Below the pieces are notes generated by a model. It worked only from the letters and a program-made list of their open reading frames with translations. It searched no databases and was not told the origin of the DNA. A program made the translations under genes and the position numbers. Shown here piece by piece: positions 48,615-58,684 of a stretch of 58,684 bases of DNA. This stretch comes from Actinomycetota bacterium (GTDB lineage: Bacteria; Actinomycetota; Actinomycetes; JAKEEW01). Each line of letters starts with the position of its first letter. Within the stretch, counting starts at the first letter, position 1. The stretch spans positions 1 through 58,684 of the forward strand of contig JBKOZJ010000009.1 in NCBI GenBank assembly GCA_046725875.1, given 5' to 3'.

Positions 48615-50711
48615 GTGACCCTCGAGCCCAGCACCATCCTCGCGAGCGGGGAGCCTGACGCCGGTTACACCGCGCGCCACTTGCTCGTCCTCGAGGGGCT
48701 CGAGGCGGTCCGGAAGCGCCCCGGAATGTATATCGGGTCGACCGACTCCCGCGGCCTCATGCACTGCCTCTGGGAGATCATCGACAACGCGGTCGACGAG
48801 GCGCTCGCCGGGGTCTGCGAGAACATCGAGGTCATCCTGCGTTCGGACGGCTCCGCCGAGGTAAAGGACGACGGGCGCGGCATTCCGGTCGACAAGGAGC
48901 CGAAGACCGGCCTGCCGGGGGTCGAGGTCGTGATGACCAAGCTGCATGCCGGCGGCAAGTTCGGCGGCGGTTCCTACGCGGCCACCGGCGGTTTGCACGG
49001 GGTCGGCGCATCGGTCGTTAATGCGCTGTCCGCGCGGCTTGATGTGCAGGTCGACCGCGACGGCGGCACCTGGGCGGTGAGCTTTCGGCGCGGCAGCGCG
49101 GGCTCGTTCGCCGGGCCCGGCCCGGACAGTCCCTTCGCGGAGCGCCACGGCCTCACCAAGGTGGGACGGGTGGCGAAGCGGGTCACCGGTACTCGCATCC
49201 GGTTCTGGCCCGATCGGCAGGTTTTCGTCAAGAGCGCGAGCTTCTCGCTGGACGAGCTGCACGCCAGGGCTCGGCAGACCGCCTTTCTCGTGCCTGGCCT
49301 GTCGATCATGGTACGGGACGAGCGTGCGGACGAGCCGGACGAGCAGGTGTTCGTTTACAAGGGCGGGATCGGCGAGTTCTGCGACTTCCTCGCTGCCGAC
49401 CGGCCCGTCACGGACACCGTACGGCTGACCGGCACGGGGCAGTTCACCGAAACCGTGCCGGTGCTCGACAGCAAAGGCCATATGACGCCGACCGAGATGG
49501 AGCGCGAGCTCGCGGTTGACGTGGCGCTGCGTTGGGGGACCGGTTACGACACGGTGGTCAAGTCGTTCGTCAACATCATCGAGACGCCGAAGGGCGGCAC
49601 TCATGTCGCCGGCTTTGAGCGCGCACTGGTGCGCACCTTCAACGACGTTCTCAAGTCGACCAAGCTGGTGCGGCAAGGCGACGACCCGATCATCAAGGAC
49701 GACATCCTCGAAGGCTTGGCCGCTGTGGTCACGGTGCGGCTGGCCGAGCCGCAGTTCGAAGGGCAGACCAAGGAGGTCCTTGGCACCCCCGCCGCGTCGC
49801 GGATCGTCACATCGGTCGTGTCAGGCGCGCTCAAGGACTGGCTGACCTCGTCCCGTCGCGGCGACAAGGCGCAGTCCCGGCTCGTGCTCGAGAAGGTGGT
49901 GTCGGCGGCCCGCACCCGGGTGGCGGCGCGCGCACACAAGGAGGCGCAGCGCCGCAAGAACGCGCTCGAGACTTCGTCCCTACCGCCAAAGCTGGCGGAC
50001 TGCCGTACCGACGACGTCTCGCGCAGCGAACTCTTCATCGTCGAGGGTGATTCCGCGCTTGGCACTGCGAAGCTCGCGCGCAACTCGGAGTTCCAGGCGC
50101 TGCTCCCGATCCGGGGGAAGATCCTCAACGTGCAGAAGTCGTCGGTCGGGGACATGCTGAAAAACGCTGAATGCAGCGCCATCATTCAGGTCGTCGGCGC
50201 CGGGTCCGGGCGCTCTTTCGACCTCGACGCGGCCCGCTACGACAAGGTCATCCTGCTTGTCGACGCGGATGTGGACGGCGCCCACATCCGCTGCCTCCTC
50301 CTGACGCTCTTCTTCCGGCACATGCGCCCGCTCGTGGAGGCGGGCCGCGTCTACGCCGGCATGCCGCCGCTGCATCGCGTCGAGGTGCTGAATCCCGGCG
50401 GAAAGAAGAACGACGTGATCTACACCTATACCGAAGCCGAGATGCGCCGGGCGGTCGCCGACCTGACCCGCCGCGCCAAGAAGATCAAGGATCCGATCCA
50501 GCGCTACAAGGGCCTCGGTGAGATGGATGCCGACCAACTCGCGGAGACGACGATGGATCCACGCAGTCGCACCCTGCGCCGGGTCAGCCTCGGTGATGCT
50601 CAGGAGGCCGAGCGCATCTTCGAGCTACTGATGGGAAACGACGTCGCCCCCCGCAAGGAGTTCCTCAGCGACTCGGCCGCCCTCGTCGACCGCGCCCGGA
50701 TCGACGCCTAG
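48615..50711 (+). CDS. parE: DNA topoisomerase IV subunit B (GyrB paralogue)
   Basis: LEAVRKRPGMYIG, EIIDNAVDE, LHAGGKF, VEGDSALG, PIRGKILN, DADVDG, RYKGLGEM. Confidence 0.93.
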   Translation: MTLEPSTILASGEPDAGYTARHLLVLEGLEAVRKRPGMYIGSTDSRGLMHCLWEIIDNAVDEALAGVCENIEVILRSDGSAEVKDDGRGIPVDKEPKTGLPGVEVVMTKLHAGGKFGGGSYAATGGLHGVGASVVNALSARLDVQVDRDGGTWAVSFRRGSAGSFAGPGPDSPFAERHGLTKVGRVAKRVTGTRIRFWPDRQVFVKSASFSLDELHARARQTAFLVPGLSIMVRDERADEPDEQVFVYKGGIGEFCDFLAADRPVTDTVRLTGTGQFTETVPVLDSKGHMTPTEMERELAVDVALRWGTGYDTVVKSFVNIIETPKGGTHVAGFERALVRTFNDVLKSTKLVRQGDDPIIKDDILEGLAAVVTVRLAEPQFEGQTKEVLGTPAASRIVTSVVSGALKDWLTSSRRGDKAQSRLVLEKVVSAARTRVAARAHKEAQRRKNALETSSLPPKLADCRTDDVSRSELFIVEGDSALGTAKLARNSEFQALLPIRGKILNVQKSSVGDMLKNAECSAIIQVVGAGSGRSFDLDAARYDKVILLVDADVDGAHIRCLLLTLFFRHMRPLVEAGRVYAGMPPLHRVEVLNPGGKKNDVIYTYTEAEMRRAVADLTRRAKKIKDPIQRYKGLGEMDADQLAETTMDPRSRTLRRVSLGDAQEAERIFELLMGNDVAPRKEFLSDSAALVDRARIDA

Positions 50712-50723
50712 CATCGTCGCGGC

Positions 50724-51068
50724 TCATTCAGTGGGCATGGCAGTCTCGGATGAGATCCAGCGCAGGTAGTCTTCGTCACCGGCGAGGACCGGGAGGGCGA
50801 GGATCTCCGGCGTGTCGTAGGTGTGCTCGCCCTTGATGTGTGCCGCAAGCGCGTCGAACCGGTCGGCGGTCGTCTTGAGGAGTACGAGCCACTCGGTCGC
50901 TTGCTCGACGAAGCCTTGCCAGCGGTAGGTACTGCCGATCGGACCGACCACCTGCGCGCAAGCCGCCAGGCGTGCCTCCACGGCCGATCGCCCGATTTTG
51001 TCGGCCAGCTCCCGAGCGTCGGTCGTCGTGTTTACCTGTACATACTCGGACTGGATGTGCTCTGTCAC
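50724..51068 (-). CDS. cutA: Divalent-cation tolerance protein CutA
   Basis: VEARLAACAQ, STYRWQG, HTYDTPEI, YLRWI. Confidence 0.93.
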   Translation of the reverse strand: MTEHIQSEYVQVNTTTDARELADKIGRSAVEARLAACAQVVGPIGSTYRWQGFVEQATEWLVLLKTTADRFDALAAHIKGEHTYDTPEILALPVLAGDEDYLRWISSETAMPTE

Positions 51069-51201
51069 GCTGCCAGCATCACACGCCAAATCACTTGCGC
51101 ACCGTATTTCAGGTCGGTTTTAGATGGCTTGGCCCCACTGCCCGCCTGTGGGGACGGGCGCTCACCGTGGTGAACGGCCGGGCTGTGCTAGGAACGGGGC
51201 C

Positions 51202-52326
51202 GTGGACGCGGATGTCGTCGTGGTCGGTGTGGGTACGGCCGGGAGCGCGGTGTTGTGGCGGCTCGCCGCCCGCGGAATCAAGGTGATCGGTGTCGAGCAG
51301 TTCGAGCCAGGGCACGACCGTGGCTCCGGGCACGGCGAGTCGCGGATCATCCGCACCGCCTACCACGAGCACCCGGCCTATGTTCCGCTCGTCCGCGAGG
51401 CCTGGCGGCTGTGGCGGTCCCTCGAGCGGGAGTCGGGCGCCGCCGTGCTGACCAGAACCGGCGCGCTCATGCTCGGGCCATCCGGCGGGGAGCTGCTGCG
51501 CGGCGTGGCGTCGGCGATCGGTGCGCACGACCTCGACCACGAGTGGCTCGATGCCGAGGCGTGCGGGCGGCGGTTCCCACAGCACCGCCTCGCGCCTACC
51601 GAGGAGGCCGTGTTCGAACCCGATGCCGGGTTCCTCCGGCCCGAGCCGGCCATCCGTACGATGGCCGCGCGGGCGACTGTGGCCGGTGCGGTGCTCCTGA
51701 CCGGCCGTCGGGTGGGGGCCGTCGAGCCGGTGTCCCGCGGCGTTCGAGTTGCACTCGACGACGAGGCGATCATCGCTCGGCACGCGATCGTGTGCGCCGG
51801 CCCCTGGGTCGCCGGCCTCCTGCCGGCTCTCCGGGAAAAGCTCCAGGTCGAACGGCAGGTGCAAGCCTGGCTTCCGGTTCACGACGCAGCGTTGTACGGC
51901 GCGGAGCGGTTCCCAGTCTTCATCCGCGAGCGTGCGGGCCATTTCCTGTACGGAGTTCCAGCGGTGGACGGCAAGGCCGTGAAGGTCGGAATTCATCACG
52001 AGGGCGCGGCCGTGGACCCGGACGCGATCGATCGCCGCGTCCGCGATGCGGACCTTTCGACGGTGAGCTCGCTCGTGGCGGCGCTGCTCGATGGCGTGAA
52101 TCCGGTGCCTAGCCACGCCGCTGTTTGCATGTATACCAACGCACCCGACGGTCATTTTGTGATCGGTCGCGTGTCCGGGCTGGGCAACGTCACGGTGGTC
52201 TCGGCCTGCTCCGGGCACGGCTTCAAATTCGCCCCAGTCGTCGGCGAGATCGCCGCCGATCTTGCCCTGGACGGCAATACCGCCCGTCCGATTGCGCTGT
52301 TCGACCCGTCCCGGCTGCTCGCCTAG
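51202..52326 (+). CDS. solA: N-methyl-L-tryptophan/sarcosine oxidase family flavoprotein
   Basis: VVGVGTAG, GSGHGESRIIR, CMYT..PDGHF, ACSGHGFKF. Confidence 0.88.
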   Translation: MDADVVVVGVGTAGSAVLWRLAARGIKVIGVEQFEPGHDRGSGHGESRIIRTAYHEHPAYVPLVREAWRLWRSLERESGAAVLTRTGALMLGPSGGELLRGVASAIGAHDLDHEWLDAEACGRRFPQHRLAPTEEAVFEPDAGFLRPEPAIRTMAARATVAGAVLLTGRRVGAVEPVSRGVRVALDDEAIIARHAIVCAGPWVAGLLPALREKLQVERQVQAWLPVHDAALYGAERFPVFIRERAGHFLYGVPAVDGKAVKVGIHHEGAAVDPDAIDRRVRDADLSTVSSLVAALLDGVNPVPSHAAVCMYTNAPDGHFVIGRVSGLGNVTVVSACSGHGFKFAPVVGEIAADLALDGNTARPIALFDPSRLLA

Positions 52327-52404
52327 GGGCCGTGTAATTGCTCGGCCCTACCGTGCGGCGGGCCAGGGTGGCTGCCAAGCCGAAACCCGCCAAGTCGGCC
52401 TGAG

Positions 52405-54879
52405 TTACCCGGCCGCGACAGTGGTGGCTGCTGGCGGTGGCCCGCCCACGGCGGCGAGCGGCTGGGTGAGTGGCGCACCCGAGCCGTCGCGCTTCCCGGT
52501 GGCGTCGGGGAGGTCAATCGGAACCCCGGTGGCGGCCGCGCCCCGCGCCGGAGCTCGGCCGGCCCAGGCGAGCACCAGGGTGTCCTCGCCTTTCAGGAAA
52601 CGGTGGCAGCGAACTCCGCCGGTTCCGCGTCCCTTCGGCGGATATTCGGCATACGGCGCCACCTTGACGGAACGGCCGCCGGTACCAGGCAGTGTGCCGG
52701 TCGCGCCGGCCACCGTCACGACGCTCGCCGGGCTGCCCGGCTCGACCGCCCCGAAGAACACCACTCGCTGGCCGCGCTCCGTCCGGATTCCCGCCATCCC
52801 ACCGGCGGACCGTCCCTGCGGCCGCACTTGTGCCGCGGGGTAGCGCAGCAGTTGCGCATCGCTGGTCACGAAGACCAGATCCTTTTCGCCAGATGCGAGC
52901 TCAACCGCGCCAGCAAGCTCGTCACCTTCGCGCAGACCGATGATCTCCCAGGAGTCCCGGTTCTGTGGGTAGTCCGGCACGACCCGCTTCACGATTCCGC
53001 TCGATGTGCCGACGGCGAGCCCAGTCGAATCCGAGTCAAGCGACACGAGGCAAAGCACGCGCTCGCCCTTGCCGAGGGCGAGGAACTCGCCGAGCGGTGC
53101 GCCGCCGGCGAGATTCGGCGCGTCCGCAGTCGGCGGGAGGGCCGGCATGTCCAGGACCGGTAGCCGTACTATCCGGCCCGCCGACGTCACGGCGCCGATC
53201 TCGCCGCGCGCGGTCGTCCGCACCACGGAGACGATCACGTCATGCTTCGCGCGCCGCCCGCCGCTGGGGAGCGGCTCGGCCGAGGTGGTCCGCGCGAGGA
53301 GCCCGGTCGAGGACAGCAGCACCCAGCACGGCTCGTCGGCGACCTCCAACGGCATGCCGGCCGCAGCTGACGCCGGCACCGGCGCGGACTCGAGCAGGAT
53401 CGTTCGTCGCGGCGTACTGAAGCGCGCCGCGGCCTCGGCGAGCTCGTCGGCCACAACCTGCCGCAGCAGCTCCTCCGACTCGAGGATGGCAGTCAGCTCG
53501 GCGATCGTGCGTTCGAGCCCGGTCAGCTCCTCACGCAGCCTTGTCACCTCGAGCGAGGTCAGCCGGCGCAGCGGCATGTCGAGGATGTGCTGCGCCTGAA
53601 CCTCGGTGAGGTCGAACACCGCGATCAGCCGGCCGCGGGCCTCCCCGGTGTCCCGGCTGGACCGGATGACCTGGATCACCTCGTCGATGTTGTCCAGCGC
53701 GATGAGTAGGCCCTCGACAATGTGCTTGCGTTCCTCGGCCTTCCGTCTGCGGAAGACGCAGCGGCGGCGCACGACCTCGAACCGGTGATCGAGATAGACC
53801 TGCAGCAGCTCCTTCAGCCCCAGCGTGAGCGGCTGCCCGTCGACCAGCGCGACGTTGTTGATCCCGAACGACTCCTCCATCGGAGTGAGCCGATAAAGCT
53901 GTTCGAGCAAGGCCTCGGGGTTGAAGCCACCCTTTACCTCGATGACCAAGCGCAGCCCGTGCTCTCGGTCCGTGAGGTCCGTCAGGGCGGCGATTCCCGC
54001 GAGCTTCCTGGCCTGGACGAGCTCCTGGATGCGGGCCATCACGCGCTCCGGTCCGACCCCGTAGGGGAGCTCGGTGACCACGATCGCCTTGCGCCGCGCC
54101 GTCACGTTCTCGATGCGCGCGCTGGCCCGGGTGCGGAAGGAGCCGCGTCCGTTCTCGTACGCCTCCCGGACGCCATCGAGGCCGACGATCTTCCCGCCGG
54201 TAGGCAGGTCCGGACCGGGCACGAAGCGCATCAAGTCGTCGAGGGTCGCTTGCGGGCTCTCGACGAGGTGGCGGCACGCGGAGACCACCTCGCCGAGGTT
54301 GTGCGGTGGCATGTTCGTCGCCATCCCAACGGCGATGCCGGACGCGCCGTTGACCAGCAAGTTCGGGAAGGCGGCCGGCAGCACGAACGGCTCAAGCTCG
54401 CGGCCGTCGTAGTTCGGACCGAAGTCGATGACCTCTTCGTCGAGGCTCTCGACCATCGCGACGGCCGCCTCGGACATCCGGCACTCGGTGTAACGGTAGG
54501 CAGCCGGTCCATCGTCCAAATTCCCAAAGTTCCCATGTCCATCAATAAGGGGCAAACGCATGGAGAACGGCTGAGCCATGCGGACCAACGCATCGTAGAT
54601 CGCGCCGTCGCCGTGCGGATGCAGCTTTCCCATGACGTCGCCGACGACGCGTGCGGACTTCACGTGGCCGCGGTCGGGGCGCAGGCCCATGGCGTCCATC
54701 TGGTAGAGGATCCGCCGGTGTACTGGCTTGAGCCCGTCCCGGGCGTCCGGCAGAGCCCTGGAGTAGATGACCGAATACGCGTACTCGAGGAAGGACCCGC
54801 GCATCTCTGAGGAGACATCGGTCTCGAGGATCCGCTCCTCGAAGTCCTCGGGTGGCGGGGTCGCGGTTCGACGAGCCAT
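52405..54879 (-). CDS. parC: DNA topoisomerase IV subunit A (GyrA paralogue)
   Basis: [25 protein letters not shown] (catalytic Tyr), GIAVGMAT, beta-pinwheel C-terminal domain without a GyrA box. Confidence 0.93.
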   Translation of the reverse strand: MARRTATPPPEDFEERILETDVSSEMRGSFLEYAYSVIYSRALPDARDGLKPVHRRILYQMDAMGLRPDRGHVKSARVVGDVMGKLHPHGDGAIYDALVRMAQPFSMRLPLIDGHGNFGNLDDGPAAYRYTECRMSEAAVAMVESLDEEVIDFGPNYDGRELEPFVLPAAFPNLLVNGASGIAVGMATNMPPHNLGEVVSACRHLVESPQATLDDLMRFVPGPDLPTGGKIVGLDGVREAYENGRGSFRTRASARIENVTARRKAIVVTELPYGVGPERVMARIQELVQARKLAGIAALTDLTDREHGLRLVIEVKGGFNPEALLEQLYRLTPMEESFGINNVALVDGQPLTLGLKELLQVYLDHRFEVVRRRCVFRRRKAEERKHIVEGLLIALDNIDEVIQVIRSSRDTGEARGRLIAVFDLTEVQAQHILDMPLRRLTSLEVTRLREELTGLERTIAELTAILESEELLRQVVADELAEAAARFSTPRRTILLESAPVPASAAAGMPLEVADEPCWVLLSSTGLLARTTSAEPLPSGGRRAKHDVIVSVVRTTARGEIGAVTSAGRIVRLPVLDMPALPPTADAPNLAGGAPLGEFLALGKGERVLCLVSLDSDSTGLAVGTSSGIVKRVVPDYPQNRDSWEIIGLREGDELAGAVELASGEKDLVFVTSDAQLLRYPAAQVRPQGRSAGGMAGIRTERGQRVVFFGAVEPGSPASVVTVAGATGTLPGTGGRSVKVAPYAEYPPKGRGTGGVRCHRFLKGEDTLVLAWAGRAPARGAAATGVPIDLPDATGKRDGSGAPLTQPLAAVGGPPPAATTVAAG

Positions 54880-55025
54880 CGCGCGCTCCAAAGTTCCCGA
54901 GACCAGGGATTTTCCTGGCCCACGACCTTCCAGACGCCGCTCACACTAGCCCGCGGCCCCGACCCGATCGGGCTGCGACGCGGCAGCTTGTGGAGGACGC
55001 GTCGGTCGGGATCACGAATACCGGT

Positions 55026-55979
55026 CTATTGCGGTGGGCGGGCGCCTACCTGGGCGATTGCACGGCCGGCGAGCGCAATGCCGGCGTCCAATGCGATCTT
55101 CGGCTTCGCGTCCGCCAGCGAGGCGGCGAGAAACCCCGCGGCGAATGCGTCGCCGGCGCCGGTGGTGTCAACTACCTCGACAACTGGTCCCTCGACGCGG
55201 ACAGAATCTCGGCCGCGGGCCGCCCAGATCGCTCCCCGGGCACCGAGCTTCACGACCACCTCGTGGTAGAGACCGGCTAGCGCCAGCGCCACGGCCCGGT
55301 CCGGCGGCTGGTCCGGCCGCGGCGCAACGCCGTGTATCGACGCGCCTACGGCTGGCGCGAGGACCCGAGCCTCGGCCTCGTTGGCTAGCACGAGATCAGC
55401 GCCTGCCGTCCACTCGAGAAAGTGTTCCGCACCCGCGGCCTCGAGCGGGCCGGCAGAGGCGGCATCGACGGAGACGGACAGGCCGGCCGCCCGGGCCCGG
55501 GCGAGTGCCTCGAGTCCCGCGGCCCGCCGTTGCGGGTCGAAGAGCGTGTACGCGGAAAGGTGCAGATGCGTCGCCCAGTCGAAGGCCTCCACGTCGACAT
55601 GCTCTGGACGTAGGGCTGCGTTCGCTCCGGGATCGGGCAGCATCGACCGGTCCCCATCAGGATGTACGAGAACGATGCAGGTACCAGTTGGCAGATCCGG
55701 GTCGGCGTCGCCGTACATCCTTACGCCGCCCGCCCGTAGCTCCTCGACCGCGGCTCGCCCCAATGGATCCGTCCCGACCCGGCCGAGGAACGCGGCCGGA
55801 GTGCCCGACGCGGCGAGCCAGGCCGCGACGTTCGCCGCCGAGCCGCCCCGTCCGGTGCGGATCCGCGCCGGCGTGTCGGTCCCGCGGACCAGATCCGCCG
55901 ACATCAGCACAGTCACGTCGACCATCAGGTCGCCCATCGCGAGGACCCGTGGCGGGACCGCTTCGACACCTCCGCTCAT
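55026..55979 (-). CDS. PfkB-family kinase, probable pseudouridine kinase
   Basis: GGSAANVA, NEAE, DTTGAGDAF; overlaps the psuG stop. Confidence 0.88.
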   Translation of the reverse strand: MSGGVEAVPPRVLAMGDLMVDVTVLMSADLVRGTDTPARIRTGRGGSAANVAAWLAASGTPAAFLGRVGTDPLGRAAVEELRAGGVRMYGDADPDLPTGTCIVLVHPDGDRSMLPDPGANAALRPEHVDVEAFDWATHLHLSAYTLFDPQRRAAGLEALARARAAGLSVSVDAASAGPLEAAGAEHFLEWTAGADLVLANEAEARVLAPAVGASIHGVAPRPDQPPDRAVALALAGLYHEVVVKLGARGAIWAARGRDSVRVEGPVVEVVDTTGAGDAFAAGFLAASLADAKPKIALDAGIALAGRAIAQVGARPPQ

Positions 55980-56899
55980 GGATGCTGCGATACGGCGACG
56001 GCGATCTGCGCGGCGAGAGCGGCATTGTTCAGCACGAGCCGCGCGTTCGTGGCGAGGCTGGCACCGTTCGTGTGCTCGTGGAAGTAGGCGAGCAGGAATG
56101 GCGTGACGTCCTTCCCGGTGACGCCTGCGTTACCGGCGGCCGTAAGCCCGGCGGTGAGCACCCGATCATGAAGCGCCCGGTCGAGCTGCTCGGCCTCAGG
56201 GAGCGGGTTGGCGACCACGAGCGCCTGCCGTACTCCGATGTCACGCCGGGCCCGGACGATCCCGGCGATCTCAGCCGGCGATTCCGCAGTCCAGGGAACC
56301 GGGTGGCCCGAGTCGGTCAAGTAGAAGCCGGGGAATCGAGCGCTTCGGAAGCCGACCAGGCTGACCGACAACGACTCCAGGCGTTCCAGCGTCGCGGCCA
56401 CATCGAGAACGGACTTCACGCCGGCGCACACGACTGTTATCGGGGTCTCGGCGAGCGTGTATAGGTCGGCCGACTCGTCCCAGGTCTCGGCGGCCGCCCG
56501 GTGCACACCGCCGAGCCCACCGGTCGCGAAGACTTGAATGCCCGATCGGTGGGCCAGACAGGCGGTCGAGGCGACCGTTGTCGCTCCGGCCGCTCGAGTG
56601 GCGAGCGCGGCGCCGAGATCGCGTACGCTCACCTTTGCGACGCTGCGGGCCGAGTCCACGCCGGCGATCCTGGCCAGCGCTTTCGCGTCGAGCCCGATCC
56701 TTACTATGCCGTCGAGTATCGCGATGGTGGCCGGTACCGCGCCGTTCGTCCGGACGACCTCCTCGATCTCGGTGGCGATCCACAGGTTGTCGGGCTTGGG
56801 CAGGCCATGGCTGATGAGCGTGCTCTCCAGGGCCACGACAGGGCGCCCGGCCTCGAGGGCCGCGGCCACTGTCGGTTCGACGCGGGTACGCATTGCCAC
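55976..56899 (-). CDS. psuG: Pseudouridine-5'-phosphate glycosidase
   Basis: VALESTLISHGLP, ATTVAST, FATGGLGGVHR, DESADL, GKDVTPFLL. Confidence 0.95.
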   Translation of the reverse strand: MAMRTRVEPTVAAALEAGRPVVALESTLISHGLPKPDNLWIATEIEEVVRTNGAVPATIAILDGIVRIGLDAKALARIAGVDSARSVAKVSVRDLGAALATRAAGATTVASTACLAHRSGIQVFATGGLGGVHRAAAETWDESADLYTLAETPITVVCAGVKSVLDVAATLERLESLSVSLVGFRSARFPGFYLTDSGHPVPWTAESPAEIAGIVRARRDIGVRQALVVANPLPEAEQLDRALHDRVLTAGLTAAGNAGVTGKDVTPFLLAYFHEHTNGASLATNARLVLNNAALAAQIAVAVSQHP

Positions 56900-56942
56900 G
56901 GCTTGACGTTACTGGCGAGTCGTGACGCAATACGGTGGGATC

Positions 56943-57614
56943 GTGAACGGCTACGCCGACCGGGCGGAGGCCGGACGGGTGCTCGCCCAGCATCTGTTGA
57001 AGGCGGGGATCGACACCGGCGAAGCCGTCATGCTCGGCCTCCCGCGTGGCGGCGTCGTGGTGGCGGCGGAAGTCGCCAAGGTGCTCGGCGTTACAGCAGA
57101 TGCCTTCGTCGTACGCAAGCTGGGCGTGCCCCGGCACGAAGAGCTCGCGATGGGTGCCATCGCGACTGGTGGTGTACGGGTACTCAACGAGGACGTCGTC
57201 GCGGAGCTCGGTATCAGTCCAGACACCATCGATGTGGTGACCGCTCGCGAGCAGGCCGAGCTGGAGCGGCGGGAGCGCGCCTACCGGGGCGACCGGCCGC
57301 CTCCCAAGATCACCGGACGGACGGTCGTGCTGGTCGATGACGGGCTCGCAACCGGCGCATCGATGCGGGCCGCGGTCGAGGCCGTGCGCGCGTCAGGACC
57401 GGCTCGGCTGGTGGTGGCTGTCCCGGTGGCGCCGCCGGACACCGTGGAGCGGTTCAGGGAGGCCGGGGTAGAGGTGGTCTGCCCGTTGACACCGCGTCTG
57501 TTCGGTGGTGTGGGCCAGTTCTACGCGGACTTCTCTCAGACGACCGACGACGAGGTGCGTGAGATCCTCGCCGCTGGGATGCCCTCCTCCGGCAAGCCCG
57601 ACGCGGTGTCGTAG
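56943..57614 (+). CDS. Phosphoribosyltransferase-family protein
   Basis: DRAEAGRVLA, LPRGGV, VRKLGVP.HEELAMGA, VDDGLATG, DFSQTTDDEV. Confidence 0.9.
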   Translation: MNGYADRAEAGRVLAQHLLKAGIDTGEAVMLGLPRGGVVVAAEVAKVLGVTADAFVVRKLGVPRHEELAMGAIATGGVRVLNEDVVAELGISPDTIDVVTAREQAELERRERAYRGDRPPPKITGRTVVLVDDGLATGASMRAAVEAVRASGPARLVVAVPVAPPDTVERFREAGVEVVCPLTPRLFGGVGQFYADFSQTTDDEVREILAAGMPSSGKPDAVS

Positions 57615-57652
57615 CACGAGGTCGCTCCGCAGTCTTGCCTGCTGATGATCGG

Positions 57653-57852
57653 CTTGCACAGGATCTTGACGCCGGCGGCCGGCGGATGTCGGCCGGTCGA
57701 CGTGCGGTGGTGGAGTTCGCCGCCAGCGCTTTGGTCGGACTCACCGGGTGGTGGGTCGGGACGACCTGCCATACACCCCAGCCGACATGGACGCGGTCTA
57801 CCGGAAGCTGATCGGCCCCGGCGTCCGCTCGGCGCATCGCCCCAAGGTCTGA
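57653..57852 (+). pseudogene. Frameshifted C-terminal remnant of a TetR/AcrR-like regulator
   Basis: ...VVEFAASALVGLTGWWV / frameshift at ~57758 / DDLPYTPADMDAVYRKLIGPG...stop 57852; no HTH part present. Confidence 0.5.
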
Positions 57853-57973
57853 CGCAAAGCGAGGCCGAGCGGAACCGCGTACCAGCGCCAAAGCGGCCGT
57901 AGGTGTTGAGTCGGAGTCGACACGGTACGAAAGTCGGTCGCGATCTGTCGGTGTGATCTGCGAGGGTCGGAGC

Positions 57974-58684
57974 GTGTCCTCGACCAGCACGACGAACACC
58001 GACGCGAGCTCGTCGGATGCCGACGACCGGACGCCCGGTGGGAGCGCGGTCATCTCCGCCGGAAGCCTTTCGCCGGGTGACGGTGTAACGGATGTCGGCA
58101 GTGCGGCCCAGGTAGCCGGTGCCGATGCGCCGTTTCGCTTGTCGGCGCTCACGAGGCGTTTCCTGCTGGGAGTCGCGCTCTCGGCGCTCGGGAACGGCCT
58201 GGTCCTCCCGTTCCTGATGGTTTACCTGCACAACGCGCGAGGCATCGCGACGGCCACCGTGGGGGCAGCGCTTGCGTGGCAGGCGGCCCTGGGTCTCGCG
58301 CTGGCGGCGCCAGCCGGCTCGTTGGTCGATCGGATCGGCCCGCGGCGGGTCCTCGCCGGCGGCGTGACAGTCATGGGTCTGGGGACCTTCGGGCTCGCGT
58401 TTGTCGAGCGGCCGTGGCAGGCGTTCGTCGCGGCGACGGTCATGGCCGTCGGCGGCGCCGGCCTCTGGTCGCCGACGTCGGCGATGCTCGCCTCGATGGT
58501 GCCGGCGGTGCAGCGGCAGCGAGCCTTCGGCATCCAGTTCGCGCTTCTGAACCTCGGCATCGGCGTGGGCGGGTTGATCTCATCCGCCATCGTGAGCGTG
58601 GACCGGGTGCGGACCTTCCAGGTTCTGTATGCGCTTGACGCACTGACGTTCTTCGGGTTCGCCCTGATCCTGCTGACGATGCGG
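57974..58684 (+). CDS. MFS transporter (partial, runs off the window end)
   Basis: FLLGVALSALGNGLVLPFLMVYLH, motif A GSLVDRIGPRRV, NLGIGVGG; open frame from GTG 57974. Confidence 0.88.
   Translation, partial: MSSTSTTNTDASSSDADDRTPGGSAVISAGSLSPGDGVTDVGSAAQVAGADAPFRLSALTRRFLLGVALSALGNGLVLPFLMVYLHNARGIATATVGAALAWQAALGLALAAPAGSLVDRIGPRRVLAGGVTVMGLGTFGLAFVERPWQAFVAATVMAVGGAGLWSPTSAMLASMVPAVQRQRAFGIQFALLNLGIGVGGLISSAIVSVDRVRTFQVLYALDALTFFGFALILLTMR

Noticed and set aside
48615..54879. parE and parC split and convergent
   Set aside because: Separated topoisomerase IV genes near sigA are a usual actinobacterial arrangement
1..58684. tRNA, rRNA, CRISPR, IS, prophage or defence genes
   Set aside because: None recognised; the NYN protein is the common actinobacterial type with no defence-island context

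Overview
A high-GC actinobacterial core-genome segment with no rRNA, tRNA, CRISPR array or transposase detected. In order it holds an Fe/B12-type ABC importer, lhr, DUF3046, rny-recX-recA, miaB-miaA-dapF, hflX, a DinG helicase, an NHEJ-type ligase, lexA with a divergent LysM gene, nrdR-nrdJ, a small accessory block, ppk1-mutT1, dinB, DUF4192, a PAS-GAF-PP2C phosphatase, the principal sigma factor, parE...parC, pseudouridine catabolism genes and a partial MFS transporter. DNA-damage control elements are readable directly from the sequence: LexA boxes, PafBC-type TGTCGG-N10-(T/G)A-N3-T promoters and tandem NrdR boxes. Main points of interest: (1) nrdJ carries a 357-aa LAGLIDADG intein. (2) Short, sharply bounded A/T-ending codon patches sit on vacant intein-type insertion motifs in nrdJ and parC, and more weakly in recA and parE, possibly footprints of homing-endonuclease conflict. 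(3) Two translationally coupled DnaJ-type zinc-finger microproteins lie behind the PP2C phosphatase; one is missing from the ORF track. (4) A ~140-nt imperfect palindrome lies upstream of dinB. (5) The recA-recX-rny block (with degenerate inverted repeats at its edges) and hflX appear locally inverted. (6) Two gene remnants are present. All counts were made by eye and no database search was possible.
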